Shown piece after piece: positions 27,556 to 36,187 of a stretch of 54,743 bases of DNA. Source of the stretch: Acidobacteriaceae bacterium (lineage in GTDB: Bacteria > Acidobacteriota > Terriglobia > Terriglobales > Acidobacteriaceae); assembly GCA_025357215.1 (NCBI GenBank), contig JANXPR010000473.1, positions 1 to 54,743 on the forward strand, written 5' to 3'. The notes beneath the pieces are model-generated. The model searched no databases and had not been told where the DNA came from. It saw nothing but the letters and a program-made list of their open reading frames with translations. The position numbers and the translations under genes are program-made. Every line of letters starts with the position of its first letter. Position 1 is the first letter of the stretch.

Positions 27556-28692
27556 GTGGGACCCATGCGTATCAAGATGAAGATCACCATGCTTCCGGGC
27601 GACGGTGTTGGGCCAGAAGTTTGCCGCGAAGCCGTGCGAGTGCTCAAGACACTCAACCACTATTACGATTGCGATTTTCAGTTCGATGAAAAACCGATTG
27701 GCGGCGCGGCCATCCGCGAACATGATAATCCGCTGCCGGACGCCACACTGCAAGCTTGCCTGAAGAGTGACGCGGTTTTCCTGGGCGCCGTTGGCGCGCC
27801 GGAATTTGATCATCTATCGAGCCAGCTGCGTCCGGAAGCTGGGCTTCTTCGTTTGCGGACCGCGCTCGGCGGATTTGCTAATTTGCGTCCAGCCATCAGC
27901 TATCCGGCGATTGCCGATTGCTCGCCGTTGCGTGAATCGCGCGTGAAAGGCGCGGACGTACTTACCGTCCGCGAACTGCTGGGCGGCATGTACTTCTCTG
28001 AACCCCGTGGTTTCGGTCCAGACAAAGAATCCGCGTTCAATACCATGCGCTATTCCATCCCGGAGATTGAGCGCGTGGCGCGCGTGGCGTTTGATCTGGC
28101 GCGCACCCGCCGCAAGAAAGTCACGTCCGTGGACAAAGCCAATGTGCTGGAAACGTCCCAGCTGTGGCGTAACACGGTAAACGCCGTGGCCCAGAAATAT
28201 CCAGACGTAAAGCTCGATCACATGTACGTAGACGCTTGCGCCATGCACCTGATCACCACGCCCACGCGCTTTGATGTGCTGCTCACGGAAAATCTTTTTG
28301 GCGACATTTTGTCGGACGAATCCGCGGCCATCACCGGATCGCTGGGCACGCTGGGGTCGGCCACCATCGGGGGTAAGGTGAATCTATACGAGCCGGTCCA
28401 CGGATCGGCGCCGGACATCGCGGGCAAAGGCATTGCTAATCCGCTGGGCGCCATTGCTTCCGCCGCCATGTTGTTGCGCCACTCCGCTGACATGCCGCAG
28501 GAAGCTGACGACCTGGAAGAGGCCATCAATGACGTACTGGAAGCCGGACATCGCACAGCGGACCTGATTGAACCAATAAAGACCGCACTAGCCGCTAAGC
28601 GCCATCTGGCCAGTACCAGTGAAATGGGTAAGCAGGTGGAACGCGCGTTTGCCGCCCGGCTGGACGGACGCTTTGCCTACCATGCTGTATAG
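27556..28692 (+). CDS. leuB: 3-isopropylmalate dehydrogenase
   Basis: [20 protein letters not shown] and [14 protein letters not shown]. The start is ambiguous (GTG 27556, ATG 27565 or ATG 27577). Confidence 0.93.
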   Translation: MGPMRIKMKITMLPGDGVGPEVCREAVRVLKTLNHYYDCDFQFDEKPIGGAAIREHDNPLPDATLQACLKSDAVFLGAVGAPEFDHLSSQLRPEAGLLRLRTALGGFANLRPAISYPAIADCSPLRESRVKGADVLTVRELLGGMYFSEPRGFGPDKESAFNTMRYSIPEIERVARVAFDLARTRRKKVTSVDKANVLETSQLWRNTVNAVAQKYPDVKLDHMYVDACAMHLITTPTRFDVLLTENLFGDILSDESAAITGSLGTLGSATIGGKVNLYEPVHGSAPDIAGKGIANPLGAIASAAMLLRHSADMPQEADDLEEAINDVLEAGHRTADLIEPIKTALAAKRHLASTSEMGKQVERAFAARLDGRFAYHAV

Positions 28693-28734
28693 TCTTGCGA
28701 AAATACTTCTAAGCGCGGAGAGATTCGAGAACTG

Positions 28735-30141
28735 ATGCCGGCACGCACGCTGTTTGAAAAAATCTGGGACAATCACACCGTCTGCGCCGGGCCGGAAGGC
28801 TCCACCATCCTTTATATCGATCTGCACCTGGTGCATGAGGTCACGTCTCCGCAGGCCTTTGAGGGTCTGCGCATCGCCGAACGTAAAGTTCGCCGCACAG
28901 ACCGCACCTTTGCCACGCTCGATCACAACATTCCCACGATCGGCAACCGTATGGTGATCGACGATCCCCTGGCGCGCGGACAAGTGGAAGCCCTGCGGCA
29001 TAATTGCCGTGAATTTGGTGTTCCGCTGTTTGATCTGGAAGCGCCGGAGCAAGGCATCGTCCACGTGATTGGCCCGGAATTGGGACTGACGCAGCCGGGC
29101 GCGACAATTGTTTGCGGTGACAGCCATACCAGCACGCACGGAGCTTTCGGTGCATTGGCTTTCGGCATCGGCACATCAGAAGTCGAACATGTGTTGGCCA
29201 CGCAGTGTCTGGTCCTGAAAAAAGCCAAAACCATGCTGGTGAACTTTACCGGCCAGCTTTCTCCAGGCGTCACATCAAAGGACGTGATCCTGGCATTGAT
29301 CGCGCAGATAGGAACCGATGGCGCCACCGGACACGTGATCGAATACTCGGGCGAAGCCATTCGCGCTCTCTCCATGGAAGCGCGCATGACCATCTGCAAC
29401 ATGAGTATTGAAGCTGGAGCGCGCGCCGGCATGATTGCCGCCGACCAGATCACGTTCAACTATTTGCGCGGACGCCGTTACGCGCCCAAAGCCTGGGGAG
29501 AAGCTGAGGCCCACTGGAAGACGCTACACAGCGATCCCGGGGCAAAGTTCGACACCACGATTGAGATTGACGCCACGCGCATCGCGCCTTTTGTCACCTG
29601 GGGAACGAATCCGGGTATGGCCGCGCCGGTGACCGGTGTTGTCCCAGATCCGGACCGCGCCGCCAACGAGTCCGAACGCAACGGCATCCGGCGAGCTCTT
29701 GAATACATGGACCTGCGTCCGGGAATGCGGCTGGAAGAAATTCCCGTGGACCGCGTGTTCATTGGCTCGTGTACCAACGCGCGGCTTGAAGATCTGCGCG
29801 CGGCGGCGCAGGTGATCAAGGGTTACAAAATTTCTAAAGGGATCCAGGCCATGGTAGTGCCCGGCTCGCAGCAGGTCAAACGCGCGGCGGAGCAGGAAGG
29901 TTTGCACACGATCTTTCGCGACGCGGGCTTTGAGTGGCGCGAAGCGGGGTGCTCCATGTGCCTGGGTATGAATGCTGACCGCTTGCAACCGGGTGAGCGG
30001 TGCGCTTCCACCAGCAACCGGAACTTTGAAGGCCGCCAGGGCGCCGGCGGACGCACACACCTGATGAGTCCGGCGATGGCGGCAGCGGCGGCGGTGTCCG
30101 GGCACTTTGTGGACATACGAAAGTGGCAATACAAGACTTAG
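28735..30141 (+). CDS. leuC: 3-isopropylmalate dehydratase large subunit
   Basis: Aconitase-family motifs [48 protein letters not shown], and CSMCLG...NRNFEGRQG. Confidence 0.95.
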   Translation: MPARTLFEKIWDNHTVCAGPEGSTILYIDLHLVHEVTSPQAFEGLRIAERKVRRTDRTFATLDHNIPTIGNRMVIDDPLARGQVEALRHNCREFGVPLFDLEAPEQGIVHVIGPELGLTQPGATIVCGDSHTSTHGAFGALAFGIGTSEVEHVLATQCLVLKKAKTMLVNFTGQLSPGVTSKDVILALIAQIGTDGATGHVIEYSGEAIRALSMEARMTICNMSIEAGARAGMIAADQITFNYLRGRRYAPKAWGEAEAHWKTLHSDPGAKFDTTIEIDATRIAPFVTWGTNPGMAAPVTGVVPDPDRAANESERNGIRRALEYMDLRPGMRLEEIPVDRVFIGSCTNARLEDLRAAAQVIKGYKISKGIQAMVVPGSQQVKRAAEQEGLHTIFRDAGFEWREAGCSMCLGMNADRLQPGERCASTSNRNFEGRQGAGGRTHLMSPAMAAAAAVSGHFVDIRKWQYKT

Positions 30142-30205
30142 CCGTCCAGTGCGTATAGACCATAGTCATATCGATGTGGTCACAGAACAAAGTTAGGACC
30201 AATAA

Positions 30206-30793
30206 ATGCAGAGTTTCACCGTACATACCGGACTGGTCGCACCACTGGAACGCGAAAATGTGGACACCGATCAGATCATCCCCAAACAGTTTCTCAAGCG
30301 CACGGAGCGCACCGGCTACGGCGAATGCTTGTTCTTCGATTGGCGCTTTGACGCGGCGGGCAGACCCAACCCGGCGTTCCCGCTGAACGCTCTGCAATAT
30401 ACCGGCGCAAGCATTCTGCTGACAGGGAAAAACTTTGGCTGCGGATCGTCGCGCGAACACGCCGTGTGGGCGCTGCGCGATTACGGATTCCGCGCGGTGA
30501 TTGCTCCCAGCTTCGCGGACATCTTTTCCAGCAACTGCGTAAAGAACGGCCTGTTAACAGTCGCCCTGAAACCGGAGGAGATCAATACTTTGATGGCGCG
30601 GGCTTCCGCCGATCGCCTGAACCTGAAAGTTGATCTGGAAAAATGCGAAGTCTCAACCGCCGATGGTTTCACCGCGAAGTTTACGGTTGAGCCGTTTCGA
30701 CGCATGTGCCTGTTGGAAGGCATGGACGAAATTGGCATGACGCTGAAACACGATGCGGAGATTTCGGCGTACGAGCGAAGGCAAAGGGTTTAG
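30206..30793 (+). CDS. leuD: 3-isopropylmalate dehydratase small subunit
   Basis: NVDTDQIIPKQFLK and GKNFGCGSSREHAVWAL. Confidence 0.95.
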   Translation: MQSFTVHTGLVAPLERENVDTDQIIPKQFLKRTERTGYGECLFFDWRFDAAGRPNPAFPLNALQYTGASILLTGKNFGCGSSREHAVWALRDYGFRAVIAPSFADIFSSNCVKNGLLTVALKPEEINTLMARASADRLNLKVDLEKCEVSTADGFTAKFTVEPFRRMCLLEGMDEIGMTLKHDAEISAYERRQRV

Positions 30794-30813
30794 CCGCAGA
30801 TTTGCAAACCATA

Positions 30814-30890
30814 AACCACAAAGGACACAAAGTTTCACGAAGGAAGGACTTACACAAAGCCCTTCGTGTTCCTTCGTGTCCTTTGTGGTT
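30814..30890. terminator. Long hairpin / bidirectional terminator-like element between convergent genes
   Basis: Perfect 15-bp inverted repeat: AACCACAAAGGACAC (30814-30828) and GTGTCCTTTGTGGTT (30876-30890). Nested CACGAAGG / CCTTCGTG pairing lies inside it. Confidence 0.6.
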
Positions 30891-30907
30891 AAAAAGCTCT
30901 ATGCGTC

Positions 30908-32254
30908 TTATTGCGGGATCACCGGCGTCACCACTCCTGTGCTGGTATCGCCCGTCATGCCCAGCGCCTGAATAGGCGCATTGCCAGAAGTCACGGTCAT
31001 TCGCACCTTGACAGCACCCGCCGGGACTGGACCTGGGAACCAATCGGCTAGCACGTCACGCGTGATCTTCTTGCCAGCAGTTCCGCCAGCGGCAATACCC
31101 GGCAAGATAAAGTTGACTGGAGTTCCCACCGTAGCATTGCTGGCGTTCAGCAGCTCAATCTTGATCCCATCGTCAACTGCCGACGTATTCTGCAAAGAGA
31201 ATCCCGTAAATGTGGTGCCGCCTGTCACCAGTGGAATGGTCGCCGTGAGATACGTCGTCTTGGACGCATACATGGGATGCACCTGCGCCACCAGCGTATT
31301 GGAACTGGCTGGCAGAACATCGTCCCCGCGGAGGTAGCTGTAGTAGTCAATCTGGGTGGTGGGATTGTTGGTGGTGTCGCGCACGCGGATGCGTTCGCCA
31401 TCCAGTTGGAAAACCGGGCCGCCACCCGGGCAGGTTGCCGGAGCCGGTGTAGGCAGCACACCGTTGCATATCTTCACGTCAACTTCCGTGGCGCTGATCA
31501 ACGTGATGTCCACCGGCAGAATATTGGTGTCTTCAATCGCCACGCGCGTGTTGGCCGTGAATCCGCTGCCGAAAATCTTAATAAGAGTACGGTCCGGCAA
31601 AGAACCGCCCGCCGGCACTACGTCAGTGACATAGGGCGTACCGACACCGCCGATGGTCAAAAAGCCAGGACCGGTCGGCGGAAAGAGTGTGTACGGTGCT
31701 TGCGAGGCGTCGAAGAAAGAGGAATTGGCTAGGTCGAAATTGGCGAAAAACTGCTGTCCTTGCGCTCCGCTGATCACAGGCATCGAAAGGGTCAACAACG
31801 GGTAGGCGGTGGTGTTTCCCAGAGTGGAGCCCAGATTCGGTCCAACGAGCTGCACGGAAATATTCGTACCATTGATCACCGCGATGCCTGCGGCCAGTCC
31901 AGCGGGATCATTGAGCGCCGCGCCGCGTACCGGGCCTACCGGTCCGGCAGGAACCTGGGGACGTGTGCTGCCGTGGCCAATCGGTTTGGGTTCGGTGGTG
32001 GAAAGCTGGTATTGATAAATACCACCGACAGGAACCGTGCTATCCAGGACTTTGAATTCGATCGCGCCAGAAGGCAACGGCGTTGGAGTGGGCACGGGTG
32101 TAGGAACAGGTGTAGGCGTGGGAGTTGGCGTTGGCGTGGAACCGACGGCGCCACCTGATCCGCCGCAACCGGCAAGCGCCAGCACAGCGGATAGCACCAC
32201 GACAGAAAGACACGTTCTCCAGGCAAGCTGGGGTTGGCCTGCGCGACTAGCCAT
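30908..32254 (-). CDS. Lipoprotein with Pro/Thr linker and IPT/TIG-like Ig-fold region
   Basis: Lipobox LALAGCGG, linker PTPTPTPTPVPTPVPTPTP, and an IPT/TIG-like segment LIKIFGSGFTANTRVAIED. Confidence 0.6.
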   Translation of the reverse strand: MASRAGQPQLAWRTCLSVVVLSAVLALAGCGGSGGAVGSTPTPTPTPTPVPTPVPTPTPLPSGAIEFKVLDSTVPVGGIYQYQLSTTEPKPIGHGSTRPQVPAGPVGPVRGAALNDPAGLAAGIAVINGTNISVQLVGPNLGSTLGNTTAYPLLTLSMPVISGAQGQQFFANFDLANSSFFDASQAPYTLFPPTGPGFLTIGGVGTPYVTDVVPAGGSLPDRTLIKIFGSGFTANTRVAIEDTNILPVDITLISATEVDVKICNGVLPTPAPATCPGGGPVFQLDGERIRVRDTTNNPTTQIDYYSYLRGDDVLPASSNTLVAQVHPMYASKTTYLTATIPLVTGGTTFTGFSLQNTSAVDDGIKIELLNASNATVGTPVNFILPGIAAGGTAGKKITRDVLADWFPGPVPAGAVKVRMTVTSGNAPIQALGMTGDTSTGVVTPVIPQ

Positions 32255-32548
32255 GGGGAAAACTCCTTGTCACCCGGTACTTTCTAATGTTTTGGGGTTG
32301 CAGTCCAGGCGGAACTCTAAACAAAAGCCTCAAGAGTCCTCATCACTATAGTGGCTTCCTGGCCTCCGAAAAATATAAGACCCATGCCCAGGGCTACCGG
32401 GTTTCCTGGAGGATGAGTGTCTCGCCGTTACTAACGTAAAAGCATATTTATCAATAGGTTGGATGCATCTCCATGGTCTCGCGATTCGTGCCTTTCGCGG
32501 CAATTTCACAATTTCTGCACTGCAACGTTCTGTTAACCTGTAAAAGCG

Positions 32549-34120
32549 ATGGGCGAACCCACCTACCTTCTTTCTGTGCCCGGCTACAAACCCGGCAAAA
32601 AAGCCTTGCTGGTCTTTTTTGAGACCGACTGCCCCACCTGTCAACTGGCGTTGCCTTACCTTAATTCACTCGACTCGAACGCCGTGCAGGTACTTGGCCT
32701 CTCTCAAGATGATGAGACACACACCCGGGCCTTTGTGGAACAACTAAATCTCAAATACCCGGTCAACGTGGACCGCGGCCTGAAGCTGACGCGGGAGTTC
32801 GACCCGCAATCCGTACCCACCATGTACCTGCTGGATGAAAGCGGTCACGTGCAAAGTAGTCTGATCGGGCTGGACAAAGCGGCCATGAACACAATGGCTG
32901 CGGCCCTGGGACAGAAGACCATTGCTCCTCTCGACGACGGGACGCCGGCCTGGAAACCAGGATGCGGTTCGCGGCATTTGGAACCCGCGACTCAGGATGG
33001 ACACAGCGGCGCCGGAGATGTAAGCGAGGAATCCGCGAACGGTCCGCTGCTGCGGCGCATCGCCGAACCCGCCAGCCGGATCACGCTGCGTGACGACGAA
33101 GATCCGTTCGAATACTGCATACAGAAATTTGGTGACGCGCTACCAGTCATCCCACCGACGGAAGCAAAAGTCTCTGCGATGGTGACGGCATCCGGACTCG
33201 CGGCGGAAAACGTGATAGCCCGCGTGCCTCCCGTATACGGCGAAGCTACAGTAGAAAAGATTGCCGCCAACGCTGTGATGGCCGGCTGCACACCGGAGAT
33301 GATGCGCGTCCTGCTGCCGCTGGTACGGGCTGTTTGCGACGAAAACTTTAACGCCCACGGCGTCCAGGCCACCACGCATTTCGCCGCGCCCATCATCATC
33401 ATCAACGGGCCGGTTCGGCAGGAATTGGGATTTTGGTGCAAGCAAAACGTCTTCAGCAACGTGGCCCGCGCTAACAGCACAGTTGGCCGCGCGCTACAGT
33501 TGATCCTGCTGAACCTGGGCGGCGGGCGTCCGGATGGCATTGATATGTCGGCGCTGGGCAACTCCGCGAAATTTTCCTGCTGCATTGCGGAAAACGAAGA
33601 AGAAAACCCCTGGGAACCGTTTCACGTGGACCGCGGATTGCAACGCGACCAAAGCGCGCTTAGCCTGTTTGCCGCGGAGCCTCCGCGCGGCGTGAGTGAA
33701 CATACCGCCCAAAAAGGCGCTGTGGTGCTCAAAGCAGTTTGCCAGGCGCTGGCCACGGTATGGAGCTACCGCATCTGCATGAACCACGAAGCGATTGTTG
33801 TGTTGTGTCCGGAACACGCCAAGACGCTGGCGCGCGACGGCTTCACCAAACAACAAGTCCGGCAATTTCTTTTTGAAAATACCGGCGTGCCCAAGCGGCT
33901 CTACGCGGAAAAAGATACCGGCGAAGGCACGCAACTCGTCCCTTACTATCGCGAGATCATGATTCAGGGCGAGCCTTGTTACCAGAAATTCCGCTCGGCT
34001 GAATCGATTCACATCGTGGTCACCGGCGGGACGGCAGGAAAGTTTTCCGCTGTGCTGGGCAGCTGGGCTGTTGGACCAACAGGCAGTCAACTCGTCACAT
34101 ATCCAATTTCACCGAAGTAA
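32549..34120 (+). CDS. Fusion protein: N-terminal thioredoxin-fold (TlpA/redoxin-like, CPTC) domain plus ~380-aa uncharacterised Cys-rich C-terminal domain
   Basis: The N-terminal part reads KALLVFFETDCPTCQLALPYLNSL...VPTMYLLDESG. The C-terminal part has VEKIAANAVMAGCTPEMM, NAHGVQATTHFAAPIIIINGP and KFSCCIAENEE, and I recognised no family. Confidence 0.75.
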   Translation: MGEPTYLLSVPGYKPGKKALLVFFETDCPTCQLALPYLNSLDSNAVQVLGLSQDDETHTRAFVEQLNLKYPVNVDRGLKLTREFDPQSVPTMYLLDESGHVQSSLIGLDKAAMNTMAAALGQKTIAPLDDGTPAWKPGCGSRHLEPATQDGHSGAGDVSEESANGPLLRRIAEPASRITLRDDEDPFEYCIQKFGDALPVIPPTEAKVSAMVTASGLAAENVIARVPPVYGEATVEKIAANAVMAGCTPEMMRVLLPLVRAVCDENFNAHGVQATTHFAAPIIIINGPVRQELGFWCKQNVFSNVARANSTVGRALQLILLNLGGGRPDGIDMSALGNSAKFSCCIAENEEENPWEPFHVDRGLQRDQSALSLFAAEPPRGVSEHTAQKGAVVLKAVCQALATVWSYRICMNHEAIVVLCPEHAKTLARDGFTKQQVRQFLFENTGVPKRLYAEKDTGEGTQLVPYYREIMIQGEPCYQKFRSAESIHIVVTGGTAGKFSAVLGSWAVGPTGSQLVTYPISPK

Positions 34121-34146
34121 AGAAACAGGAAAGTAGAGGTTGACTT

Positions 34147-34677
34147 ATGCCGATCACTCTTGTTCATCCGGGTAACGAAAAAGTGGCCACCGCAGCCGCG
34201 CCGCCACCGCGACTTAGCACGCTGAGCGGAAAAAAAATCGGCCTGCTGGACATCAGCAAGCCGGGTGGCAGCCACTTCCTTGATCGCATGGAACAACTGT
34301 TGCGCCAAACTTACGGCGCTGCGGACGTTGTCCGCGTAAAGAAGCCCACATATACCAAGAATGCTCCGCAAGCGGTCATTGATCAGTTGCGTGGCATGGA
34401 CGCAGTCATCGAAGGTTTGGCCGATTGAGGATCGTGCACAACGTGCAGTTTGCACGATACGGTCCGCCTAGAGAATCTTGGAATACCCGCTGTAGCCGTC
34501 GCGACCACGGAATTCATGGCGCCCGCGCGAATTCAAGCTGGAGCGCTGGGACGTCCGGGCTTTGACGCTATTTACGTTCAACATCCGATCCAGGACCAGA
34601 CGCTGGAGCAGATTGCCGCGCGCGCGGATGCCGTGGCTGCGGAGATCGTGAAGCGACTAACCACAGCCGGGAAGTGA
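34147..34677 (+). CDS. UGSC-family selenoprotein (TGA 34426-34428 read as selenocysteine; 176 aa)
   Basis: Track ORFs 34147..34428 and 34450..34677 are in the same frame with no other stop between them. The joined sequence is ...DAVIEGLAD-U-GSCTTCSLHDTVRLENLGIPAVAVATTEF.... A hairpin follows the TGA directly. Confidence 0.8.
34431..34458 (+). promoter_or_regulatory. Bacterial SECIS-like stem-loop
   Basis: AUCGUGCA-C-AAC[GUGCA]GUU-UGCACGAU: an 8-bp stem, a bulged C, a 3-bp stem and a 5-nt apical loop beginning GU. It starts 2 nt after the UGA codon (at 34431). Confidence 0.65.
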
Positions 34678-34751
34678 CAAAAGTTTCAGCCCAGTGGCTG
34701 ACAACCATGTTTTACCGCCAGGTTCTGGGTAGAATTGAGCCATCAGGAAAG

Positions 34752-34785
34752 CCCGCTGCACGGCAAGCAGCGGGTCTTCCGTTTA
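34752..34785 (+). terminator. Weak terminator-like hairpin after the selenoprotein gene
   Basis: CCCGCTGC-acggcaa-GCAGCGGG followed by TCTTCCGTTT. The U-tract is poor. Confidence 0.3.
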
Positions 34786-34848
34786 ATGAGAACCAGTTTT
34801 TTGCGAGCGCCGCAGTCTTTTTAAAAGCGGAAAGGACCAACCAACGCG

Positions 34849-35721
34849 ATGACTTCCACTTCTGCTTCCTCCGGCACCAAGACCCAAACCCAGACCGCGG
34901 CAACATCCGCGAAAAAGAAAATCGCGGTGCTGGGTTGCGGCAAGATGGGCACCATTTTGCTCCAGGGATTTTTGCAACACGGTCTGATCGCCAAAGGCGA
35001 AGCCGTGGCCACGGTGCAGCATGAAGAACATCGCCGCGAACTTTCGCGCGAGCTGGGCGGGGTGACCGTAACGACCGACAACCGCGCGGCCGTCCACGGA
35101 GCGCCGACCGTCCTGCTGGGCGTGAAGCCGCAAGCGTTGCCCGCATTGCTGGAAGAGATCACGCCAGAGCTTGCGCCGGACACGCTGATCATTTCGATTG
35201 CCGCGTCCACCACGACGGGATTCATTCAGGAAAAAATCGGCAAAGATGCGCATGTAGTCCGTGCCATGCCCAACACTCCGGCCATGGTCGGCGCGGCGAT
35301 GACCGCGTTGTGTGCCGGACGCTCCGTCCGCAAAGAACATTTGGAAACCGTGAAGAAGCTGTTTGAAAGCGTGGGCCGCGCGGTGATCGTTGACGAAAAA
35401 CACATGGACGCCATTACGGCGCTTTCCGGCAGCGGTCCGGCGTTCGCGTTTGTGATACTGGAATCCATGGCCGAAGCCGGTGTAAGTGTGGGACTGCCGC
35501 GCGAACTGGCGACAACTCTTGCCGCGCAGACTTTGTTTGGCGCGTCCAAGCTGGCGCTGGAAACCGGACACCATCCTGCGCTGCTCAAAGACGCTGTAAC
35601 CACGCCCGCTGGATGCACCATTGAAGGCCTGATCGAGCTGGAAAAAGGCGGCCTGCGTGTGACACTGATGAACGCCATCATCAAGACGACGATTCGGGCC
35701 AGGGAGTTGATGAACAGCTAA
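34849..35721 (+). CDS. proC: Pyrroline-5-carboxylate reductase
   Basis: KIAVLGCGKMGTILLQG, RAMPNTPAMVG, ALSGSGPAFAF and TTPAGCTIEGL. Confidence 0.93.
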   Translation: MTSTSASSGTKTQTQTAATSAKKKIAVLGCGKMGTILLQGFLQHGLIAKGEAVATVQHEEHRRELSRELGGVTVTTDNRAAVHGAPTVLLGVKPQALPALLEEITPELAPDTLIISIAASTTTGFIQEKIGKDAHVVRAMPNTPAMVGAAMTALCAGRSVRKEHLETVKKLFESVGRAVIVDEKHMDAITALSGSGPAFAFVILESMAEAGVSVGLPRELATTLAAQTLFGASKLALETGHHPALLKDAVTTPAGCTIEGLIELEKGGLRVTLMNAIIKTTIRARELMNS

Positions 35722-35724
35722 AAC

Positions 35725-35775
35725 AATCGGGTGATCTGATGATCGCGAGTGATCCGGTGATCGGGAAACCAATCC
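35725..35775. repeat. Short GTGATC-type repeat cluster
   Basis: GGGTGATCTGATGATCGCGAGTGATCCGGTGATCGGG, immediately 3' of proC. Confidence 0.6.
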
Positions 35776-35825
35776 CACCGTGGAGACGCGGAGGCACGGA
35801 GAAGACCTGGGCAGCGCAACGTTTC

Positions 35826-35875
35826 CGCAATTTTCAATTTTGGCAATTCCGGCGATTTTGGCAATTCTGCAAGGA
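35826..35875. repeat. Short GGCAATT-type repeat cluster
   Basis: GCAATTTTCAATTTTGGCAATTCCGGCGATTTTGGCAATTCTGC. Similar GGCAATT motifs occur at 25107-25122. Confidence 0.6.
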
Positions 35876-35908
35876 GTTAGCTATCCTGCATACCTCCCAC
35901 CCTTTCCC

Positions 35909-35937
35909 TTGCCCAACCGTCCATCCTTATATATAGT
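35909..35937 (+). promoter_or_regulatory. Candidate sigma70 promoter TTGCCC-17-TATAGT
   Basis: The -35 box is at 35909-35914 and the -10 box at 35932-35937. The leader-peptide ATG lies only 9 nt downstream. Confidence 0.45.
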
Positions 35938-35946
35938 AATGACCTG

Positions 35947-36030
35947 ATGTTTACTCCTGTCGCCAACATGGCCATGTGCTGTCACACCATGGCTATGCGT
36001 GTGTTCACACAAAGGCAGACAGGTTCATAA
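35947..36030 (+). CDS. Met/Cys-rich leader peptide (27 aa) of a putative transcription attenuator
   Basis: MFTPVANMAMCCHTMAMRVFTQRQTGS* has 5 Met and 2 Cys in the first 17 residues. An intrinsic terminator follows 25 nt later. Confidence 0.55.
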   Translation: MFTPVANMAMCCHTMAMRVFTQRQTGS

Positions 36031-36055
36031 GCAAAGATTCATTCAGCAATTTTTG

Positions 36056-36092
36056 AACCCGCTGCCTCAGGGCAAGCGGGTTTTGTGCTTTT
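36056..36092 (+). terminator. Intrinsic terminator (attenuator) in the 5' leader of the ThrC-paralogue operon
   Basis: AACCCGCTGCC-TCAG-GGC(A)AGCGGGTT followed by TTGTGCTTTT. It lies about 95 nt upstream of ATG 36188. Confidence 0.65.
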
Positions 36093-36187
36093 GGGCCGGA
36101 AGAATCGGACTAAAGCAAGCTAGCAGACAGCGCAGCCGACGAGACATACCTGAGAGCAGCAGAAAACCGAGAGAAGATAAAAAGATC

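Noticed and set aside
26893-27813. 306-aa ORF antisense to leuA-like/leuB. Similar long antisense ORFs lie at 34783..35778 (proC), 36521..37456 (ThrC paralogue), 40247..41224 (sir), 46705..47649 (thrC) and 49040..49984 (ggt).
   Set aside because: Each lies fully opposite a gene with unmistakable family motifs. They are Arg/Ala/Gly/His-rich with no recognisable motifs and no SD. Such shadow ORFs are typical of GC-rich DNA.
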